Shown here: positions 57,301-64,000 of the stretch, piece by piece
Layout of the letters: each line of letters opens with the position of its first letter
How positions within the stretch are numbered: position 1 is the first letter of the stretch
IMG/VR virus record: IMGVR_UViG_3300032038_009890
Span: 153,076-217,075 of that record
Source of the DNA: a virus
Lineage: Duplodnaviria > Caudoviricetes
Length of the DNA: 64,000 nucleotides
Direction: 5' to 3' (one strand)
Translations under genes and position numbers: made by a program
The notes under the pieces: model-generated
The model's input: only the letters and a program-made list of their open reading frames with translations
Told to the model about the DNA's origin: nothing
The model's database searches: none

Positions 57301-58192
57301 TCCAATTGGATGGAGTACATATATGGACAGTGATAATGCAAATGTTGATTTGGATGCAATAACCATGACAAACGTTACATATTATGCTGCATATTCAAGG
57401 AAGAAAAGACAATATACTGTAACATTCAGAAACAAAGGAACTGTGATTCAGCAAAGTAAGTGGGATTATGGTGTAATACCTATATATAGTGGAGCTACGC
57501 CGACTTCTGGAGATCAAACATCAACTGGGTGGAACAAACCAATAGTAGCCGTTACAGGTGATACGACATATGATGCCGCTTATAAGCCATTATATACTGC
57601 TACATTTGTTACTTCATCTGTATACGGTGGAAGGCAATTATATGTTGGACAATTTGAAGAAGGAAGCACCCCTGTCTATAGAGGAGAGGAATTATCTGGG
57701 AATGATCAGTATGATTTTATGGGATTCTCACCAGAAATTACTCCTATATATAAGAATACAACATATACTGCTATATTTGTTGATAAACGTTCTATTGTCA
57801 TACAGTATATTGCAGGAACAATTTCTCAGTATAATTCGACTTCAACAAATAAAATAGGTGAGTATGCATTTAATAACAGAACTGCTTTAACATCGGTAAC
57901 GACATCTTCGAATACAATTGAGCAATATACATTCGCAGGATGTACAAGTCTTAATACTGTAGACTTGAAATCTACATTCAGTGTAACAATTGACGCAAAC
58001 GCCTTCAATGGGTGTACAAATCTTAATACATTATTTATTAGAAGTACGACAATGGCGACTCTTTCTAATACAAATGCATTTACAGGAACGAAGATTGCAA
58101 GCAAAGAAGGATCAATCTATGTCCCATCTGGAATGGCTTCAATTTATTTAGCTAATTCTTTGTGGGCAAATTATGATATTAAAGAATATTGA
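51362..58192 (+). CDS. giant (~2276 aa) tail fibre/virion protein: DAKAVG fibre repeats, Ig/LamG-like, CotH-kinase-like, LRR and BspA-type domains; TAG=Gln
   Basis: Eight track ORFs share one frame and are separated only by TAG (at least 12); QGTSSMAYPTKN, DSYAKN, PYDMDTILGINNSG. Confidence 0.8.
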
Positions 58193-58209
58193 TAAAAAGG
58201 AGGTAACCA

Positions 58210-59487
58210 ATGGCAAATACAAGAGATTCATTGGGTGAACAGAATACATTAGATGGATTAGTAAATCACTCTATTACTAGTTTTGAAGAGGACGGAGTTA
58301 CTACATTAACCACTAATGCTTTAGCACATCAAACACAATTAACATCTGTAAAATTTCCAAATTTGATAAGTACTGGAAATAATGCTTTTCAATATGATAC
58401 TGGATTACAGCATATTACAGAAGACCAGTTTCCAAATTTAAATACAATTGGTACGTCTGCATTTGCGAATTGTACAGGACTTGTGGACGCTAAGTTTCCT
58501 AGTGTCACAACTGTAAGTAATAATGCTTTCAATGGATGTACAAATTTGGAAACATTTGAAACTGGCGTGAATAAAGTAGCATTTACTACGCCATTCACAG
58601 GATGTTCTAAGTTGGAGAATTTGATAATTAATAGTACTCAAATGTCAACTTTAAATAGTGCAACAGGACTTTCTGGAACAGCTATTGCAAATTACAAAGG
58701 GGCTGTGTATGTACCAGACGAGCTTGTTGCAACATATAAAGCAAATGCGAATTGGAAGCCGTATTTTGTTTTTTCTAAAAATGATTATCCCGTATCGTCA
58801 TATCCTGACCCTGCGGATTTTGCAGGAACTGGGACAATAACCGACACATGGGCAGAGATTGTAGCGAATGAGAATTATGCTACAGACTATGCGATTGGCG
58901 CAACGAAGTCTGTATATCTGTCTGGATTTGGTATGTTTAATATGGAACTCGTTGCAAAGGATACGGATATTCGTGCTGACGGAGATGAGACTAAAAATAA
59001 TGGTAAGGCTCGAATGACTTGGATTATGAAAGAATTGTTTACTACGCATAATATGAATTCAACTTCTACGAATGCTAATGGATGGCCCGCAACTGCTATG
59101 AGAAGTTGGTTAAGGGGCACTATTTTACCGTTATTCCCAGAAGTTGTGCGAAACAATATAGTTGAAGTCACTAAGACATATTATAATTATACGACAAAAA
59201 CTACTCTTTCAACTCCAGATACAATTTGGATTCCTTCGTTAAGAGAAATATTTAATGGAAGTGGTGGATATACAGAAGAAGATTCTGGTGTAACCTATGT
59301 ATCCGCATCTAAGTTTAATAATGATACAAATCGAAAGAAATATCTGAATGGAAGCGCTTACTACTGGTGGTCTCGTTCAGCTAGTTCTGGCTACTCCAGC
59401 CGTTTCGTGTGCGTCCGTAGCAGCGGCGGCGCCTACTACAGCCGTGCCAACGACACCTCTGGGGTTGCGCCCGGCTTCTGCCTCTAA
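58210..59487 (+). CDS. DGR target protein: BspA-type LRR plus C-terminal C-type-lectin-fold domain (probable receptor-binding/adhesion protein)
   Basis: AF.GCT.L repeats; GWPATAMRSWL, IWIPSLREI, YWWSRS..GVAPGFCL; carries the VR. Confidence 0.88.
   Translation: MANTRDSLGEQNTLDGLVNHSITSFEEDGVTTLTTNALAHQTQLTSVKFPNLISTGNNAFQYDTGLQHITEDQFPNLNTIGTSAFANCTGLVDAKFPSVTTVSNNAFNGCTNLETFETGVNKVAFTTPFTGCSKLENLIINSTQMSTLNSATGLSGTAIANYKGAVYVPDELVATYKANANWKPYFVFSKNDYPVSSYPDPADFAGTGTITDTWAEIVANENYATDYAIGATKSVYLSGFGMFNMELVAKDTDIRADGDETKNNGKARMTWIMKELFTTHNMNSTSTNANGWPATAMRSWLRGTILPLFPEVVRNNIVEVTKTYYNYTTKTTLSTPDTIWIPSLREIFNGSGGYTEEDSGVTYVSASKFNNDTNRKKYLNGSAYYWWSRSASSGYSSRFVCVRSSGGAYYSRANDTSGVAPGFCL
59354..59478 (+). 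repeat. DGR variable repeat (VR), 125 nt
   Basis: Colinear with the spliced TR; 23 mismatches, all at TR adenines. Confidence 0.95.
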
Positions 59488-59505
59488 TAAGGGGCGAAAA
59501 TATAA

Positions 59506-59541
59506 GGAATCCAGTGGCCTACTTTATGGCCACTGGATTCC
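59506..59541. promoter_or_regulatory. DGR target-recognition hairpin downstream of VR
   Basis: GGAATCCAGTGGCC-N8-GGCCACTGGATTCC, perfect 14 bp. Confidence 0.8.
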
Positions 59542-59562
59542 GTTAGATAAGGAGGAAGCAAA

Positions 59563-59742
59563 GTGGAAGAATGCAAACATACTTGGGTGCATATTCGTGC
59601 TGTAGAGGGCGACAGACCTTATGATTTATATCTACCATATAATGGCGAATAGTATTCTTTTAAGTGTATATGCCAATAGTGTGGTAAGATATTTGATTTT
59701 GATGAATATTTTGATAATTATGTAGAAATAGAAAAAATTTAA
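59563..59742 (+). CDS. small Zn-ribbon protein, TAG=Gln
   Basis: AAGGAGG SD, GTG start, CKH..CQ(Q)CG. Confidence 0.55.
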
Positions 59743-59756
59743 AGAAAGGAGAAAAA

Positions 59757-60248
59757 ATGCCATCTAGGAACTCTATATTATTAGAAGAAAAGAAGCGAAA
59801 TTCTTTTGCCCCTGTTGATTTGTCTTTAAAATTATTAAGAAAAACAAGAGAAATAGTTGCTTTGAAAATGCCAAAGAAATATACATTTTATGACGGAGCC
59901 GTATTATTTAATTATGCATTTAAAGTATGTGCTTACGCTAGAGAAGCAAATTCTATTTTTATAAGTAAAGATTCATTTTCAGTCAAAGAAGCTAAACAAA
60001 GGATTAAACTTTGGAAGAAAGCCCGGCGTAAATTACAGGTGGTTCGTACTGAAATAGATGTTATTCTGGATCTTATGGGAAAAGAAACCTTGTCTAGGAA
60101 AGACCAAGAAACTGGTTAGACAAGAAGTATTTCTCTTCATGATATAGAAGAAACATTGGATTTAATTATAAAAGAACAAGAAGAATTAACAAATACAATC
60201 AATAGAGAAAAGAAATAGTTAATACAGCAAGTTGAAACAAGCAAATAA
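59757..60248 (+). CDS. avd: DGR accessory variability determinant (Avd-like four-helix protein), two TAG
   Basis: Basic helical protein PKKYTF..ANSIF..R..A..L; located between target and TR. Confidence 0.75.
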
Positions 60249-60281
60249 TAATATAGAATAAATACAGGTTATTCGCTGATT

Positions 60282-60633
60282 GCGCTAACAACTGGTGGTC
60301 TCGTTCAGCTAATTCTGGCAACTCCAACAATTAAATTAGTTGCCTTTTATGGAAACATAAAAGTGAAAATTGGGCAATATCGGTAAAAATCTCTAGTAGA
60401 TAATACCGAGATAAAATTTATCGTAACGCATAGAAATTGAAATAATATTTCCACGAGTGCCCGACTTCTTAATAGGTAATGCTAAAGAAGAAAATATATG
60501 CTGAACTTGTTGGTAACAGCAAGAAGTAGAGACAAAAAGCTCTACGATAACAAAATTGTTCATGTACGTCAATAGCAACGGCAACGCCAACAACAACAAT
60601 GCCAACAACACCAATGGGGTTGCGCCCGGATTC
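60282..60633 (+). repeat. DGR template repeat (TR), split: 60282..60331 and 60559..60633
   Basis: AAC/AAT-rich; 50+75 nt match VR end to end. Confidence 0.95.
60332..60558 (+). ncRNA. group I intron inside the DGR TR (227 nt, no ORF)
   Basis: P1 CAAU|UA..UA-GUUG with U-G pair, P2 TTTTATG-GAAA-CATAAAA, P3 TGGGCA/TGCCCG, P4 TCGGTA/TACCGA, P7 ACGCATA/TATGCT, P9 CTTGTTG-GTAA-CAGCAAG, terminal G. Confidence 0.88.
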
Positions 60634-60961
60634 AGAGTCTCGGCAGTCATGTGACAAAGTAGGTGACGAAATCGGTATGACTTAGAAGGAGCGGATGACC
60701 TTCCGATTATGGTAAATAAGCAAGAGATGCTGTATGCTATGCATATCTAAGCTCTCGTTCTCTGATACATTTAGGCGGATGACGCTTCTTGCATGGATGT
60801 TGAAAACTGAAATATACGAAATTAACGATATTTTGGTAATCATTAAGAGAGTGGGTATCCTCTCCATTTTCATGGCTAAATGTTATGCGACTAGAAATGA
60901 TACCAAGACGCAAGTCAAATAAAAAGGATAATAATGTCGTACAGAGTGCATCGATATTCTA

Positions 60962-62209
60962 ATGAATAGTAAATAGAGACATGAAATTAGATTTTAGAGA
61001 AGAAAAGCAGAACGTGAAAAGAAAGTTAAGTAGCGTTCTGATGAATATTCTGAGTGGGAGAATGTTTTTGGTTTGGTCCCGCTCGTAAAAGCATATAAGG
61101 ATACAAGTAAGGCTTCACGGAAATATACGAAGACATAGATATGGATGTCAAGTTTGCTTGTAAATAGTAGAGAAATATAGTGTTAGTTAAGAGATGATAA
61201 ATGGAAGTCAAAAGGTTTTAATAAGTTTGATATAATGGAGCGAGGTAAGTTACGACATATTGCTTCTGTACATATATCTGAGAAAGGTATTTAGAATACA
61301 TTATCTAATAACTATTTGATTCCAATTCTTGGGCCGCATTTGATTTATGATAATGGCGCAAGTATGAAAAATAAAGGCACTGATTTTGCTCTAAATAGGT
61401 TTACTAAGCATTTACATGAACACTATAGAAAATATGGGCGAAATGGATGGATTTATTTCTTTGATTTCAGTAGCTATTTTATGAATATAGATATCGACAT
61501 TTTGCTGAATAATGCACAAAGATATATCCATGATGAGAGATTGTTTAATCTATACAAATAGTTAATCAGTAATTACACAGATGGTGGGTTGAATCTAGGA
61601 AGTCAAGTATCTCAAATTAGTGCTGTATTCTATCCTACTCCCTTAGACCATTTGATTAAAGATTAGCTTGGTGTAAAGGGTTATGGGAGATATATGGATG
61701 ATGGATATGTTATATGCGATGATTTGCAGAGGCTAAAGGAAATAGTTCGATTATTTGAAGGAAAATGTGCGGAATTAGGTATAGTGCTGAACAAAAAGAA
61801 ATGTCAGTATATTAAAATGAATAAGTAGTTTGTATTTCTAAAGACAAGATTCTTCATTACTGAAAATGGAAAAGTGGTAAGACGTATAAATAGGCCCGTT
61901 GCTAGAAAAGAAAGATAGCGTCTTAAATCATTTAAGAAGTTTTATAAACTTGGATTGATGAATAAGAGAGAAGTGTATTTAAATTTTCATTCTTGGTTAT
62001 TTTCGTTGAATCGTGGTAAAAATTTTCATTTAAGGAACAATATGATAAAGTATTATAATATATTGTTTGATGAATTTGAGAATTATGTTCCTACTTATGT
62101 CAAAAGTAGGAAGTAGAAGCAATTATTGTATCTTGCAAAAATTAATTAGACGCGTAGAAATTATATCTATATTAATTGTGATTCATCTTGTGATATAATT
62201 GCGGCATAA
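60962..62209 (+). CDS. DGR reverse transcriptase (~415 aa, about 13 in-frame TAG)
   Basis: ERGKLRHI, IYDNGAS..KG, FDFSSYF..I, GLNLGSQVSQ, YGRYMDDG, LNKKK, FVFLK. Confidence 0.92.
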
Positions 62210-62239
62210 ATTTAACATAATTTTGAAAGGAGGTAGAAA

Positions 62240-64000
62240 ATGCCAGACGAAATATATATAAAACACTTATTTGGTAACAAAGTGGATCTTCCAGAAGTAA
62301 AAAGCGGACAAATCCTTTATGTAGAAGATACTCGTTCTATATTTGCTGATCAAAATAATTAGCGTATACGTTATAATCCACCTGCGAATTGGAATGAGAC
62401 AAATATTGAAGATCCTTCGTATATTGAGAACAAACCAGAACTTGGTACTGTTTCATCACAAGACTTAGCTTCTACGGTTAATGATTCTTAGAAAATTCCG
62501 AATATATCTTTAGTAAATTCAATTGTCTCCTCTGGTTTAAATGACAGTGTTAAATATGAAAATCAAATTAAATCAGATGGCGAAAAGCTTTAGGCCAGAT
62601 CGAATATTGGAGCAGCGGCCAGTTCTGATTTATAGATAACGAATTAGAATGTATCATCTTTATAGTTGGACTTTGAAAATGCGGAAAGATGGAAATCTGA
62701 AGGCGAAGAAGGAAATGTTTTGTCTAAAGATGAAAATGGTGATTTGGTATGGGTCCCTATCGAAAATCAATTAACAAATATTGAAGAACGATTAGAGAAC
62801 ATCAATAAACGTGTAAATTTAAATAGTTTGAGAATTTATCCAATTGATAAGTCAATGATTTGGTTGGAAAATACTGGCTCTTCTATTGATATTATTTCTC
62901 TGATTACAAATGCTGATGATGACACTAATGTTAGAATTACTAATTTTGATAATACTGTAAGTACCACCCAGGAGATCGAAACATTTTATGCTAAATTAGA
63001 TACTATGAATGGGATAAGTACGCAAGGAACGTTGGTAGAAGACGAACCACAAATATCTGGTATTATTAGAATTGAATCCATTAATGGGAGTACCAAAGAG
63101 GTGCTTGATTAGAAGTATAGTAATATTTAGATAATTTCTGATAATATCACAGCTGTAGTAACATTTATGTCAGAGGACGGGCTTTCTACAATAGGATCTG
63201 TGAACTATAATAATGGAATTGCGCAAACAAATCTTCCCGCTCCGGTGAAAGAATCTACGAATACTTAGACTTATTCACTTGATGGTTGGAATACATCTTA
63301 GGGTCAATCGGTTGTTACATTTACGAATGATACTGAAGTATTAAAAGATATGACCGTATATCCTGTATTTACAGAACATGTAAGAATGTATAATGCTTTC
63401 TTTATTAGATCGGCAGAAGATGGCGGCGGAACACTTTAGACTGTTCAAGTTGAGTACGGGGGAACACCTGAATATACAGGTGCTACGCCAACTACTATAC
63501 AAGGTACTTATGAGGAATTTGAGTTTGTTAATTTCACACCTGAGATTGGGCCAATTTATGAGGACACAACATATACAGCGAACTTTAGAGAAAGAATCCC
63601 TGTTGTTACAAATTATTTGACAAATACTCTGACAGATTATAAAAGTAAGACGAATACTGTAATTCGTGAATATGCTTTCCAAGGAAGGACTGCACTTAAA
63701 ACGGTAACCGGGCCAATGATAACTATTGAACAATATGCATTTTCTGGTTGCACTGGACTTACGTTGGTTGACCTTAACAGTAATTCTGGTAGCATTATTA
63801 TTGCGGCTAATGCGTTTAATGGATGTACAAATCTCGAAACATTCTATATTAGAAGTTCTGTTATGGCGACACTATCAGCCACTAGCGCATTTACTGGAAC
63901 TAAGATTGCAAGTAAGACTGGTACGATATATGTTCCTGAAAGTTTGGTAGAGACTTATCAAGCAAATGCAAATTGGGCAAACTATAATATTGCGGCAATT
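62240..64000 (+). CDS. tail fibre-like protein with BspA-type LRR, TAG=Gln, truncated by the window edge
   Basis: AAAGGAGG SD; NWNE..DPSYIENKP, (Q)ARSNIGA; C-terminal part paralogous to the end of 51362..58192. Confidence 0.75.

Noticed and set aside
60570-60615. AAC microsatellite or Asn-rich ORF
   Set aside because: It is the adenine-rich 3' half of the DGR template repeat.
60962-62209. Group II intron or retron RT
   Set aside because: The LGSQVSQ motif, absence of a maturase/endonuclease extension, and adjacent avd, TR, VR and hairpin indicate a DGR RT.
222-63733. Minus-strand ORFs and alternative-frame + ORFs in the track
   Set aside because: They shadow well-supported + strand genes or introns, and lack motifs and SD sites.
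27403-64000. Mass pseudogenisation of the structural module
   Set aside because: Breaks are almost exclusively in-frame TAG at Gln-compatible positions, with frames preserved; recoding explains them.

Overview
The window is part of a large SPbeta-like phage genome, probably infecting Firmicutes (host inferred from gene families only). Essentially all genes are on the + strand. About 1-13 kb is an early/accessory region: a helicase-like gene beside a candidate origin, radical SAM, GNAT, a DUF5758-like paralog array and a solo TnpB element. About 13-26 kb holds a YonO-type single-subunit RNA polymerase, HU, PhoH, ClpP, YonK/YonJ-like genes and tRNAs. About 27-64 kb holds packaging, head, neck and tail genes and a diversity-generating retroelement (DGR). 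The fragmented ORF track is an artefact of stop-codon reassignment: late genes and several endonucleases read TAG as Gln, while early genes lack internal TAG and two appear to end in TAG. I find five group I introns with exact U|...G splice junctions. Three are in protein genes (RNA polymerase, a neck gene, the major tail protein). One splits the anticodon of the amber-suppressor tRNA(CUA). One lies inside the DGR template repeat (TR), which is the standout. Removing this 227-nt intron gives a 125-nt TR exactly colinear with the intron-less variable repeat, with all 23 differences at TR adenines on both sides of the junction. The DGR reverse transcriptase carries about 13 in-frame amber codons. 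The DGR therefore appears to depend on both ribozyme splicing and genetic-code switching. A ~600-nt ROOL-like structured RNA candidate is also present. All family assignments come from motif recognition by eye; no searches were run.
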